A stretch of DNA of 53,902 bases from a virus. Lineage: Duplodnaviria; Caudoviricetes. Of the stretch, positions 9,160 to 19,073 are shown in pieces (the first letter of the stretch is position 1; every line of letters starts with the position of its first letter). The stretch covers positions 1 through 53,902 of the IMG/VR virus record IMGVR_UViG_3300042335_000111, one strand, 5' to 3'. Under the pieces are notes generated by a model. It searched no databases, was not told the DNA's origin, and saw only the letters and a program-made list of their open reading frames with translations. The translations under genes and the position numbers were made by a program.

Positions 9160-9374
9160 CCCGAAAAGAGAAATCCGAAAGTTATCGTTTACGATAATCA
9201 TTAGGGATTCAGCCGCACTCTGGCTGGCGAGTTTTCGACCTCGCATGAAAAACGATTTCTGGACAGAAGAAACTCTGGGTTGAGTCCAGCAGAGGAAACC
9301 AAGCACTCGCTTGCTATTCCTCATGGTGTAGTTTGCGGTGCAAAACTAAAACTAAACCAAAATCAAATAAATCA

Positions 9375-10784
9375 ATGAGCGATCAACTCTACTTCAATAG
9401 TTGTGCCGAGATTGACAGTTTCTTCCGCGAGGGCCGCGAATATTTCAACGACCTCTATGTGAAGAAGCTCGTCACGAACTCTGCATACTTCACCCGTTTC
9501 GAGGAGCAAGCATGGCCCTTGAACCACACAACCGAACAAAAAGCATTCCGCTTTGGCCGTGGATTCCACGATCCTTGCACTCCTTTCCGTTCGATCACCG
9601 ACACCTACTGCGAGACTGATTCTTGCGATAGCAAACCCGAAGTCATCCAACGCCCCGGCACTGAAAGCTATACTTTCGAGCTTCTGCGTAAAGAGATGAC
9701 CACTGACTGGATTTGCGTTGAGAGCCTTCTCTATCGCCTCTTCCCTGCCGAAGAGATTCTCCAGTTTGAAGAGTCGAATGCCCGTATCACCAAGAATGTC
9801 CACGAAGAGTTCCTTCGTTCCAACTACATCGGTGGTTCTGGTCACAAGTGGATGGGCATCACTACGGATGACGGCACTTACTGCGGTCTCGTTGACGATC
9901 AAGCATGGTTCGTTCCAGAGCATACGCTCAACAACGAAGCTGGCTACGATCTCTGCGCTCTTCGCGTTAAGATGGCTCCCGCCGACCTCAACAAGATTGC
10001 TTATCTCTCGCTTGATATGCTCGATGATGCTCTCGTTGACCTCCAAGACGAAGATGACGCTTTCCGCCTTGATCTCCAAGATGCGACTGGTCAGCCTCTG
10101 CTCGACATCGTTATCCCCGATCCTCAAGTTGGCCGTGCGCTTTACTTCCAAGCCAAGCGCAACAATGGTTACTGGGATGCTAACACCGACTTCGACGAGC
10201 GTTTGACCCGTCTGAAACTCGGCATCAACCGCATCATCGGTGACTATGCCTTCGGCTACGACATCAACGCTGCTCGCTTCAACGCTGACACTGCCTTCAA
10301 TGCTGGTCTCGCTACATTCAATGAAGCTGATCCTGCGACATGGGCGCGTCTCGTTCGTGTGCCTCGTTACATCAAGATCGTCCAAGAGAACGGATGCTCC
10401 TATGTTCCTAACAAAGCCTACCGCAATGCCGACTTCGGTATCTCGGTTGCTATGGTGAACAAAGCAATGTGCAAATGGACAATGCCATCCTCGACTGGAT
10501 ACGGCCAAGCCCAACAAATGACCCAGAACTACGCTGGTGATTGGGAATGGAAGAACCCAGATTGGGAGTGCAACCGCTGGCGCAAATCGGGCTTCTATCA
10601 AGCCCAGTTCCGCCTCGCCGCACAGGTCAAAGACCCAACCATCATGCACTCGTTCCTGCATCGCCTGCCACAAAGCAAGAGCCTCTATGGTTCCTGCTGC
10701 CCAGTTCAGAGCTACATCATTCCTGAGAACACTCAGGACTGCTATAGCTGCGCTGGTGTGGGTGACATCGTTGTGCCTTCCTAA
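9375..10784 (+). CDS. Major capsid protein
   Basis: Follows the scaffold gene, 469 aa, strong C-ending codon bias typical of a highly expressed gene; ATG 9375 after an A-rich leader. Confidence 0.75.
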   Translation: MSDQLYFNSCAEIDSFFREGREYFNDLYVKKLVTNSAYFTRFEEQAWPLNHTTEQKAFRFGRGFHDPCTPFRSITDTYCETDSCDSKPEVIQRPGTESYTFELLRKEMTTDWICVESLLYRLFPAEEILQFEESNARITKNVHEEFLRSNYIGGSGHKWMGITTDDGTYCGLVDDQAWFVPEHTLNNEAGYDLCALRVKMAPADLNKIAYLSLDMLDDALVDLQDEDDAFRLDLQDATGQPLLDIVIPDPQVGRALYFQAKRNNGYWDANTDFDERLTRLKLGINRIIGDYAFGYDINAARFNADTAFNAGLATFNEADPATWARLVRVPRYIKIVQENGCSYVPNKAYRNADFGISVAMVNKAMCKWTMPSSTGYGQAQQMTQNYAGDWEWKNPDWECNRWRKSGFYQAQFRLAAQVKDPTIMHSFLHRLPQSKSLYGSCCPVQSYIIPENTQDCYSCAGVGDIVVPS

Positions 10785-10792
10785 GTTAAACA

Positions 10793-10821
10793 GGGGGGGG
10801 GGCTTATTCAAGCCTCTCCCC
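10793..10821 (+). terminator. G-rich hairpin after the capsid gene (no U tail)
   Basis: G10-CTT...AAGCCTCTCCCC. Confidence 0.4.
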
Positions 10822-10840
10822 ACAACCTTAAATAAAAATT

Positions 10841-11455
10841 ATGTCTAATTCTCGACCACTCGCTTATGATCGTGTCAACCTGTTTGGCCCGATTGCTGTT
10901 AACCTTCTCGCTGCTGGAGACACTGACCTCCTCGTCCTTAACGACGAAGACACCAAGTTCTTTCCAACAAGCATCATCCTTGAGACTGCCTACGCTCGCG
11001 GAACCACTGCCACCGATCCAATTGTGATCGTTGATGATGGAACCACTGGCGATAACATGACAGCTTCGCTAACCATCACTGACGCTTTGGACAACCAAGG
11101 ACGCTATAACCCAATGACGCTTGTGGCTAATCCATTCGTCATCACTGGTTCTGGCAAACTTCGCTTGGTCAAATCTACTGTTGGTGCTGGTCAAGCTACC
11201 GCAACTCGTTCCCGCACTTCGGGCGTTGCTACAATCGTTACTGGTGCTGCTCATGGTTTCTCCACGGGCGACACGATCACGATTGCCAGCATGACCGACA
11301 CTACGTTCAACGATGTGCAGGCTGAAGTTACTGTCGTTAACTCGACTACCTTCACCTATGCAAACGCTGGTGCTAATGTTGCTTCTGGTGCTGATACCGC
11401 TGGACGTGTTGGCGCACTCTATGTGAATGCCTACGTTGTTGGCATCTACTACTAA
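10841..11455 (+). CDS. Virion structural / capsid decoration protein (putative)
   Basis: Beta-rich, T/G/A-rich, AHGFSTGDTITI motif; same codon bias as the capsid gene. Confidence 0.6.
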   Translation: MSNSRPLAYDRVNLFGPIAVNLLAAGDTDLLVLNDEDTKFFPTSIILETAYARGTTATDPIVIVDDGTTGDNMTASLTITDALDNQGRYNPMTLVANPFVITGSGKLRLVKSTVGAGQATATRSRTSGVATIVTGAAHGFSTGDTITIASMTDTTFNDVQAEVTVVNSTTFTYANAGANVASGADTAGRVGALYVNAYVVGIYY

Positions 11456-11466
11456 ACCTCAACTAT

Positions 11467-11503
11467 GGGTGGGGAAGGAAACTTCCTCACCCTAACCCCT
11501 TTT
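11467..11503 (+). terminator. Hairpin / terminator
   Basis: GGGTGGGGAAG-GAAA-CTTCCTCACCC then TTTT. Confidence 0.55.
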
Positions 11504-11509
11504 CTAATT

Positions 11510-11776
11510 ATGGCTTGCTTTACCGATCTCGACTACCGCAATAAATCCTACCCTTTCGTTCAAACAATCGCCGCCGCTGCTGGCATTGATCCAATTTCTT
11601 ATGGTTGCTATGACGCTGCAAGTGATGCTTCTAAGCTCTATCAATTTTACGTTGGACTCGCAACCATTGGTGAACTCACCCCAGTTACCGAGAATTGCTT
11701 TGTTCAAAAAACTGAAGACCAGCAATACTTCCTCACTAACGAAGCTCTGTCTGCTGTTCTTACACCCGCTGATTAA
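11510..11776 (+). CDS. Small structural protein with three C(F/Y) repeats
   Basis: MACFTDLDY / GCYDAASD / NCFVQKTEDQQY. Confidence 0.6.
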   Translation: MACFTDLDYRNKSYPFVQTIAAAAGIDPISYGCYDAASDASKLYQFYVGLATIGELTPVTENCFVQKTEDQQYFLTNEALSAVLTPAD

Positions 11777-11798
11777 TTATCGTAACCGATAAAATCTT

Positions 11799-13736
11799 AT
11801 GCCTACAGATTCCCAGTTCTTAGATGGAACAAGTGATATTCAACGCCTTGCTATTTTGCGATCAGCAGAAGCCCAAGGAACATATATTAGTCCACTAACT
11901 GACGCTTGTTTCAAAGATGCAACTGAAGATGTTCAAAGGCTTGAAATTCTTCGTGCTATTGAAGGCATATCGGGCGGGGGTGGCGGAAGTGGAACAGTAA
12001 CCAGCGTAACTGGTGGAACCGGACTTAATGGTGGAACTATAACCACAACCGGAACGCTTTCGGTAAAGTATGGGACAACCGCAGAAACGGCAGCGGAAGG
12101 AAATGACGCTCGCCTTTCGGATGCTCGTATTCCAACTGGTTCTGCTGGCGGTGATTTGACTGGGACATATCCCAATCCTACTGTTGATGGGTTGCAGGGC
12201 AGACCAGTGAGCAATGCAACGCCAGTCAATGGACAAGTGCTTCAGTATGATGGTGCGAACTGGGTTCCGGGCAGCATTCCATCTGGTGGGTCTGGTGGTG
12301 GTGGTGTTCTTTACTATTTGAATTTTAACACTGCCGCCGATGCACCTGTTACAAACATCCCGCAAACTCCTAATGCGACCAAAGAACTTGGACTTGTTGG
12401 AGATGTTACTGCAACATCTTATCTTTCTCCAATTCTTTCTACTGGAAGCTACGATTTTCTTGCCTCTTTTGTAACGGATGTTAGCAATCCATCCTCAACT
12501 GCAATTCCTGCTGGCATTTGGGATTTCAATATTTTTGTAGAATCAACAACTACAAATTCTGCAAACGAAGTTTATTTTAAGGTTGAGATTTTAAAATATG
12601 ATGGTGTAAATGCTCCAACATTGCTTGCGACTTCTAATGATGTTTACATTTACGATCCTTCTGAAATTAACCAGCAGATCGCATCAGTAGTTATGCCACA
12701 AACTACGATTCTTGCAACTGATCGAATCGTCGTTTACTTGTATGGGAGAGCGCATCAAAACAATAATCGTCTTACATTCCATTTTGGCGGGAACTACCCA
12801 TCTCATACTCACAGCACAATTCCATCTGTTGCAGGCACTGGCGTGGTCAAGGTTGTCAATGGAGTGTTCCAATCTCCTGCAAGCACAATTGTAAATGCCG
12901 ATGTTTCTGCCACCGCAGCGATTGATGTAAGCAAACTATCAGGGGTAGCTGGAACAGCAGTTAGTAATACTTTTACTTCAAATCAAATTGTTTCAACTTC
13001 AAGTGCCTCTGCTGCACTACGGGTTACGCAACTCGGAGCGGGTGAATCATTTCGAGTTGAAGATGAAACATCTCCGGATTCTACTGCGTTTGTTATTAGC
13101 AATAACGGAAGGGTTGGTATTGGAGTAGACCCAGACGCAAATGTTGGACTATCAGTAAGTTCAAGCGGCATAAAATTTTCAGACGGGTCAATCCAAGCAT
13201 CGTCGGCGACGGGCATAAAGACTATTTTAGCTCAAACAACAGAAAATGTTTCTGGGTCAGTTTCTGGCAACGAATTTTTGGTCACGGGGACAGCAACTTT
13301 AGTCGTAGATGGTTACATACCACCGGTTGGAGGCATAGTTGTATTCGCCTCTCAAGCCGCCCCAGCGCAAAATGGTTTTTGGAGAATAGTGGTAAATAAT
13401 GGCTTAACGCAGCCCATTTTGGAGCGACCAACATGGTTTAGCTCGACCACAACAAATGTTAGCCCTTTGGTCTACATAACCCGCCACGGAACAACGCAGG
13501 CGGGGTTTGTCATGGCATTAACTGGGCCTTTAGGCTTAAACATTGTTGTCGGCACAACCGCTCTAACAGTCCATCGCATTAGCGGACGCGCCCCCACAGT
13601 AGGCATCGTCGCAATCCCTTCGGCATCAAACTCCACAGGGACAGTGGGGCAGGTCGCGGTAGATGACGCTAATAATTTTTTGTATGTCTGCACTGCCGCA
13701 AATGTATGGAAACGAACCGCTTTAACAACATTCTAA
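11799..13736 (+). CDS. Head or tail fibre protein
   Basis: GTVTSVTGGTGLNGGTITTTG, GDLTGTYPNPTV and a YVCTAANVWKRTAL C-terminus, all typical of phage fibres. Confidence 0.75.
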   Translation: MPTDSQFLDGTSDIQRLAILRSAEAQGTYISPLTDACFKDATEDVQRLEILRAIEGISGGGGGSGTVTSVTGGTGLNGGTITTTGTLSVKYGTTAETAAEGNDARLSDARIPTGSAGGDLTGTYPNPTVDGLQGRPVSNATPVNGQVLQYDGANWVPGSIPSGGSGGGGVLYYLNFNTAADAPVTNIPQTPNATKELGLVGDVTATSYLSPILSTGSYDFLASFVTDVSNPSSTAIPAGIWDFNIFVESTTTNSANEVYFKVEILKYDGVNAPTLLATSNDVYIYDPSEINQQIASVVMPQTTILATDRIVVYLYGRAHQNNNRLTFHFGGNYPSHTHSTIPSVAGTGVVKVVNGVFQSPASTIVNADVSATAAIDVSKLSGVAGTAVSNTFTSNQIVSTSSASAALRVTQLGAGESFRVEDETSPDSTAFVISNNGRVGIGVDPDANVGLSVSSSGIKFSDGSIQASSATGIKTILAQTTENVSGSVSGNEFLVTGTATLVVDGYIPPVGGIVVFASQAAPAQNGFWRIVVNNGLTQPILERPTWFSSTTTNVSPLVYITRHGTTQAGFVMALTGPLGLNIVVGTTALTVHRISGRAPTVGIVAIPSASNSTGTVGQVAVDDANNFLYVCTAANVWKRTALTTF

Positions 13737-13738
13737 AA

Positions 13739-13918
13739 ATGGACACTCACTCATTTAACGCAGGACTCACAGGAGTATTGGCAACAGCAACATCAGTTGG
13801 AATTTCATTTTTGCCAGAAGTAGAGGCATGGTTGCGTATTGCATCGCTTCTTGTTGGCATTGCAGTAGGTATCGGATCACTTATTGTTATTGCCCGAAAC
13901 TGGAATAAATCAAAATGA
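13739..13918 (+). CDS. Holin-like two-TM protein
   Basis: Two hydrophobic helices, basic C-terminus, lysis cassette position. Confidence 0.55.
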   Translation: MDTHSFNAGLTGVLATATSVGISFLPEVEAWLRIASLLVGIAVGIGSLIVIARNWNKSK

Positions 13919-14073
13919 ACGCTAAAAAAATCGCTCTTGGGATGATTATTATATCATTCGCTTTTCTTGCAATGGCATTCTTAACTGGGTGCGAAACTCT
14001 TGGAATTTCCCTACAGACAGACTACGGAATGTTCACTTATGAACTGCCCGAACCAAAAGGAACAAAAAAATGA
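13915..14073 (+). CDS. Small lipoprotein (spanin-like), 52 aa; absent from the ORF track
   Basis: MNAKKIALGMIIISFAFLAMAFLTG-C: signal peptide with an LTGC lipobox. Confidence 0.6.
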   Translation: MNAKKIALGMIIISFAFLAMAFLTGCETLGISLQTDYGMFTYELPEPKGTKK

Positions 14074-14240
14074 AAGTTAATTGGAAAACTACACTACTCG
14101 GCGTATTCACCATTCTTGCAGCAGTTGCTGACGCAGGAAAAGAATTTTTGGCAAACGGCACATTCGGAGATGTCGGATTGCTCTTTGCGGCAGTTACCGC
14201 AGGAGTCGGTCTCATCCTTGCCAAAGACTCTAACAAGTAA
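14070..14240 (+). CDS. Holin-like membrane protein, 56 aa; absent from the ORF track
   Basis: MKVNWKTTLLGVFTILAAV...GVGLILAKDSNK, two TM segments; overlaps both neighbours. Confidence 0.6.
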   Translation: MKVNWKTTLLGVFTILAAVADAGKEFLANGTFGDVGLLFAAVTAGVGLILAKDSNK

Positions 14241-14782
14241 TGGTTCCTAATTCCAGACCACAGCAGGCAAAGGAAAAGACCCTCGCAATGGTCATCAAAG
14301 CAGGGATCGAAGATCGTGTTGCTCTGGTTGGGATAAGGGGATACTACTCTGAAACATTCGCTCCATCAGGCAATCAAAGAGGCATTTACGATGACGCGAT
14401 TATTCTTTTATCACCAAGCGTCCATGCTACATTCAATGCAAATACTGATCCGTCTGTATATCGAAAAGGCATTGCGGTTCTTAAAACGGGCGTTCATAGG
14501 TTTCGTAAGGGCAATCATGGCATTAGTAAACCCGGAGGTGGTTATCCAGCGTTGCGACCTGCTAACGCCAAAGAGGAGTTGCCTGTTACGCGAGACGGCA
14601 TTGGAGACGATATGGGCATCGCTATCAACATCCATAAGGGCAGCTACAAATCTACCTCAAGCGAAGGTTGCCAAACGATCTACCCACCACAATACGATGG
14701 ATTCATCAACCTCGTTTATTCGGAAATGAATAGATACAACCAGAAAACAATTCCATATCTTTTAGTGGAACAAACATCTTGA
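14240..14782 (+). CDS. Putative endolysin with a YkuD/L,D-transpeptidase-like catalytic motif
   Basis: INIHKG...SSEGCQTI (H...SxGC) following holin-like genes. Confidence 0.65.
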   Translation: MVPNSRPQQAKEKTLAMVIKAGIEDRVALVGIRGYYSETFAPSGNQRGIYDDAIILLSPSVHATFNANTDPSVYRKGIAVLKTGVHRFRKGNHGISKPGGGYPALRPANAKEELPVTRDGIGDDMGIAINIHKGSYKSTSSEGCQTIYPPQYDGFINLVYSEMNRYNQKTIPYLLVEQTS

Positions 14783-14813
14783 CTTAACCTAAACTATCGT
14801 TAACGATAAAACT

Positions 14814-17207
14814 ATGAGTTGCAATCCATGTAATCCTTGTAGGGATAATAATACTGAATCACGCAGGGCGGCAAGTTATGCGAACTCTGCACAAGCAAGC
14901 GCAGAGTTAGCTGCACAATATGCCGCTGAAGCAGAATCAGCTATTGGCGCATCTGGAGCCACAGGGGCTACTGGCGCAACTGGCCCTGCTGGATTAACTG
15001 GAGCTACTGGTGCAGGTATAGCTGGCCCTACAGGAGCTACTGGCTCAATAGGGTTAACAGGCGCAACGGGAATCCAAGGAGCAACTGGACTTCAAGGCCC
15101 ACCGGGGCCAGCTGCAACTATTGGTAGCACAGGAGCAACAGGTTCCGCTGGCAGTCAAGGAGCAACGGGTTCCGCTGGTTCCACTGGAGCTACGGGAATT
15201 GGCGCAACGGGTGCTACTGGTTCCATTGGTGTTCAAGGTGCTACGGGCGCAAGTGGATCAGGCGCAACTGGAGCAACTGGCATTGGTTCCGCTGGTTCCA
15301 CGGGAGCTACGGGTTTAACTGGTGCTACAGGGTTGCAAGGCCCACCGGGGCCAGCTTCAACAATTGGAGCAACTGGGGCCACGGGTGTAGGAACAGTAGG
15401 TTCTACAGGAGCTACAGGTTCTGGTGCTACTGGAGCAACAGGATTAACTGGAAGCCAAGGTGCTACTGGTATTACGGGAGCTACAGGTTCTGGTGCTACT
15501 GGAGCAACAGGCACAACAGGCACGGGAGGAGCAACCGGAGCTACTGGCCCTCAAGGAACAGTTGGCCCTGCTGGCGTTGGTTCTACTGGAGCTACAGGAG
15601 TTCAAGGTTCAGCGGGAGCAACGGGTTTAACGGGGTCTACTGGATTAACTGGTGCTACGGGGGCTGGTTCACAATGGACTACAAATGGGACTGCTATTTA
15701 TTACAATACTGGTAATATTGGTATTGGAGTAACTAATCCCGCTCAAAAACTTGTTGTTGAAGGAAACATTGTAACTGGAGCAAGTGGCATAATCCAAGCT
15801 GGAGCGCAACTAATTTCTCTTGGTTCAATATCTGCATTTGGACAAATTACAGCATCAACAAATATTGGTGCAACTGGTTTTATTTTTGCTGGAACTGATT
15901 CAGAATTTAATGGCGTTGATATTGGTAAGGGTGGATCAAATGTAGCAACGAATGTAAGAATTGGCCCAGAAGCATTACGAGACAATACAACTGGTTCTCA
16001 AAATCTTGCAGTTGGATATACTGCTTTGTTTAAAAATACTACAGGACTTCAGAATACCGCTATTGGTTATGCTGCAATGAGTGAAAACCTAACAGGAACT
16101 GCAAACATTGCTATTGGCCTTGAAGCAATGGGTCTTGCTACTTCTGCAAGTCAAAACATTGCAATTGGAGCGCAATCGTTGCTCAATGCTACGACTGGAG
16201 TTAAAAATACAGCATTGGGGGTGCAAACTTTAAATCTTAATACAACAGGAGCAAATAATATTGCTGTAGGTCACAGTGCGCTTAAAGCAAATTTAGTCGG
16301 AAACTCAAATGTTGCTGTTGGTATTGAATCATTATTTAATAATACAGCTTCAAATAATACTGCACTTGGAGAAACTACTTTAAGGCAAAATACAACAGGA
16401 GATAGAAATTGTGCATTTGGAGCGCAAGCCTTGTATAATAATACAATTGGAATAAGTAATCTTGGGATTGGAGTTCTTTGTGGGAATCAAAATACAACTG
16501 GAAGCAATAATACTTATATTGGAGACTCTGCTGGATATTCAAATCAAACAACATCTAATAATACAGGAGTTGGATACCAAGCATTAAACGCCAATAATGC
16601 TGGAACAAATAACTCTGCATTAGGATATAGAGCTGGACAACTTATTACAAATGGTTCTAATTGCACCTATCTTGGTGCAAATACAACTGTCACAGCAAGC
16701 AATCAAGTTCAACTTGGAGATGCAGCAACAACTACATTTGCATACGGAGCAGTTCAAAATCGTTCAGATGTTAGGGATAAATCTGATATTCGTGATACTG
16801 AACTTGGACTTGAGTTTGTAAATGCACTTCGTCCTGTAGATTTCAAATGGGATATGCGAGAGGATTATAGGATAGAAGCTCCTATTGACCCCGGTCTTGA
16901 TGCAACTCAAGAAGAAAAAGACGCATATATTCAAGCTAAAGAAACATGGATTGAAGATTCAAAACTGAAAAACATTGTTTCTGATGGTTCTAAAAAAAGA
17001 AATCGCTATCATCATGGTTTGATTGCACAAGAAGTAAAATCTGTTATTGAGTCTCATGGAATTGACTTTGGTGGTTTCCAAGATCATTCTATTAAAGGTG
17101 GCGATGATGTTCTATCAATCGGCTATGTTGAACTAATTGCTCCTCTTATTAAAGCGGTTCAAGAACTATCCAATAAAGTAACTCAATTAGAAAACAAATT
17201 ATCGTAA
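14814..17207 (+). CDS. Tail fibre: collagen-like GxT repeats, N(T)AxG beta-helical repeats, C-terminal intramolecular chaperone (peptidase S74)
   Basis: (GAT)n; SDVRDKSDI...LRPVDFKW...HGLIAQEV...LIKAVQEL. Confidence 0.88.
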   Translation: MSCNPCNPCRDNNTESRRAASYANSAQASAELAAQYAAEAESAIGASGATGATGATGPAGLTGATGAGIAGPTGATGSIGLTGATGIQGATGLQGPPGPAATIGSTGATGSAGSQGATGSAGSTGATGIGATGATGSIGVQGATGASGSGATGATGIGSAGSTGATGLTGATGLQGPPGPASTIGATGATGVGTVGSTGATGSGATGATGLTGSQGATGITGATGSGATGATGTTGTGGATGATGPQGTVGPAGVGSTGATGVQGSAGATGLTGSTGLTGATGAGSQWTTNGTAIYYNTGNIGIGVTNPAQKLVVEGNIVTGASGIIQAGAQLISLGSISAFGQITASTNIGATGFIFAGTDSEFNGVDIGKGGSNVATNVRIGPEALRDNTTGSQNLAVGYTALFKNTTGLQNTAIGYAAMSENLTGTANIAIGLEAMGLATSASQNIAIGAQSLLNATTGVKNTALGVQTLNLNTTGANNIAVGHSALKANLVGNSNVAVGIESLFNNTASNNTALGETTLRQNTTGDRNCAFGAQALYNNTIGISNLGIGVLCGNQNTTGSNNTYIGDSAGYSNQTTSNNTGVGYQALNANNAGTNNSALGYRAGQLITNGSNCTYLGANTTVTASNQVQLGDAATTTFAYGAVQNRSDVRDKSDIRDTELGLEFVNALRPVDFKWDMREDYRIEAPIDPGLDATQEEKDAYIQAKETWIEDSKLKNIVSDGSKKRNRYHHGLIAQEVKSVIESHGIDFGGFQDHSIKGGDDVLSIGYVELIAPLIKAVQELSNKVTQLENKLS

Positions 17208-17218
17208 ACGATAAAATT

Positions 17219-19072
17219 ATGAATTGTAATACAAACCCATGTGATCCATGTATGCCGGGGGCTGAAAATGGATTTTGCCAAGATATAACAGCACAAGTTC
17301 GATTTGGTTATTCAAACGCACAAAGCGCATATCAAAGCGCACTATCTGCTAAACAATCTGCTGAAGAAGCTGCTGGAAGCGTAGGAACATCTGTTCAAAA
17401 AGCAGGCGATACAATGACGGGGCCATTGAATATTCAAACATCAAATAGCAATCCTGCCTTAAAGATCGTTCAAACTGGTTCTGGTGCTGGATTGCTGGTG
17501 GAGGACTCAACAAGTCCAGATTCAACGCCATTTATCATAACATCCACTGGTGATGTTGGAATTGGTTTGGCTACGCCGAGCCAAAAACTTGATGTTGTTG
17601 GAAGTATAAAATCATCGCTTGATTCTACATTCAACGAAGTAAGGGTTGGCAAGGGTGGTGGAAATTTAGCAAGGAATGTTACTGCTGGTGTATTGCCTTT
17701 GGAATTCAATTCTACTGGAAATGATAATACTGCCGTTGGGTATGGCGCGATGAATGTTAATACCACTGGAAGCAATAATACTGCTCTTGGGTCATCGGCA
17801 TTGTTATCCAATAATATTGGAGGATTAAATACAGCAGTAGGATATGGAGCGTTAAATAGAAATACATCTGGAAACAACAATACTGCTGTAGGTGTAGAAG
17901 CACTCGTAACAAACAATACTGGATATGAGAATACCGCAGTTGGAAGAAGTGCGTTAGCCACAAACAGTACTGGGTATGCTAACACGGCACTTGGAGTCTA
18001 TGCACTAAACGCATCTACTGTTGCGTTTGGGAATGTTGCGGTAGGTCATTTTGCTGCCGCTCAAAACATAACTGGTTTAAATAATGTTGCTGTTGGAATA
18101 AGCGCATTGAACGCAAATCAAAGCGGAGGCGAAAATGTAGTTATTGGTGGATTTGCACAACAATCAAACTCTGTAAACCAAGTTACGGCAATAGGTGTAG
18201 GTGCATTGCAAGTTAATCAAGCAAACCAAAATGTAGCTGTAGGGAATCAGTCGTTAAATAAAAACACAACCGGATCAAGTAATTCGGCCTTGGGAACTGG
18301 TTCTTTGTATCTTTGCACAACCGGATCGAACAATACTGCTGTAGGAGCTAATAGCTTGTTTAACTGCACAACCCAATCTGGAAATACAGCAGTAGGAACT
18401 GGAGCATTGAATAATTTCAACTCTGGAGCAAATAACACTGCCGTTGGATTTCAAGCTGCCGGTTTCGTAACTAATCCAACAAATACTACAAGCCTTGGAT
18501 ACAATGCTGCCCCTACGGCAAGCAATCAAGTGAGACTTGGAGACAGCAATATTACTGCTGTTGTATCACAAGTTGGTTCTTGGTCAGACGCGAGGGATAA
18601 AGCTGATATTCGGGATACAATTCTTGGATTGGATTTCATCAAAGCAATTCGTCCGGTTGACTATAAATGGGACTACAGGGAAGATTATATTCCAGAGTTC
18701 TATAAAGCAGAACCAATCGCGCCACTCTCAAACGCTTCCGAAGAAGAAAAGAATAAATACAAGCAAGAAAAAGAACAGTATGATAAAGAATTGAAAGAGT
18801 ATCTTGATAAAAGAAATCTTTCAAACATCGTCAAAGATGGTTCTAAAGTAAGAACACGATACCATCACGGAGTTATCGCGCAAGAAATCAAAGCGATTCT
18901 GGATCAAAAAGGAATTGACTTCGGTGGTTATCAAGATCATAAAATCAAAGGCGGGGCAGATGTATTGACAATCGGATACACAGAATTCATCGGCCCGATT
19001 ATTAAAGCTATCCAAGAACAGCAAGTAATAATTGATGATCTTAAACAACAAATTGTAGAACTGAAAAAGTAA
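17219..19072 (+). CDS. Second tail fibre with S74 chaperone domain
   Basis: NTAVG repeats; SDARDKADI...IRPVDYKW...HGVIAQEI...IIKAIQEQ. Confidence 0.88.
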   Translation: MNCNTNPCDPCMPGAENGFCQDITAQVRFGYSNAQSAYQSALSAKQSAEEAAGSVGTSVQKAGDTMTGPLNIQTSNSNPALKIVQTGSGAGLLVEDSTSPDSTPFIITSTGDVGIGLATPSQKLDVVGSIKSSLDSTFNEVRVGKGGGNLARNVTAGVLPLEFNSTGNDNTAVGYGAMNVNTTGSNNTALGSSALLSNNIGGLNTAVGYGALNRNTSGNNNTAVGVEALVTNNTGYENTAVGRSALATNSTGYANTALGVYALNASTVAFGNVAVGHFAAAQNITGLNNVAVGISALNANQSGGENVVIGGFAQQSNSVNQVTAIGVGALQVNQANQNVAVGNQSLNKNTTGSSNSALGTGSLYLCTTGSNNTAVGANSLFNCTTQSGNTAVGTGALNNFNSGANNTAVGFQAAGFVTNPTNTTSLGYNAAPTASNQVRLGDSNITAVVSQVGSWSDARDKADIRDTILGLDFIKAIRPVDYKWDYREDYIPEFYKAEPIAPLSNASEEEKNKYKQEKEQYDKELKEYLDKRNLSNIVKDGSKVRTRYHHGVIAQEIKAILDQKGIDFGGYQDHKIKGGADVLTIGYTEFIGPIIKAIQEQQVIIDDLKQQIVELKK

Positions 19073-19073
19073 T

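Noticed and set aside
9372-10823. 483-aa antisense ORF over the capsid gene
   Set aside because: Codon-aligned shadow explained by the capsid gene's codon bias; no recognisable motifs
14940-15670. GGN-GCN-ACN nucleotide repeats as a DNA element
   Set aside because: Fully explained by collagen-like G-A-T protein repeats with varying third positions
14814-19072. Diversity-generating retroelement acting on the fibres
   Set aside because: No reverse transcriptase and no TR/VR pair with adenine-specific mismatches seen
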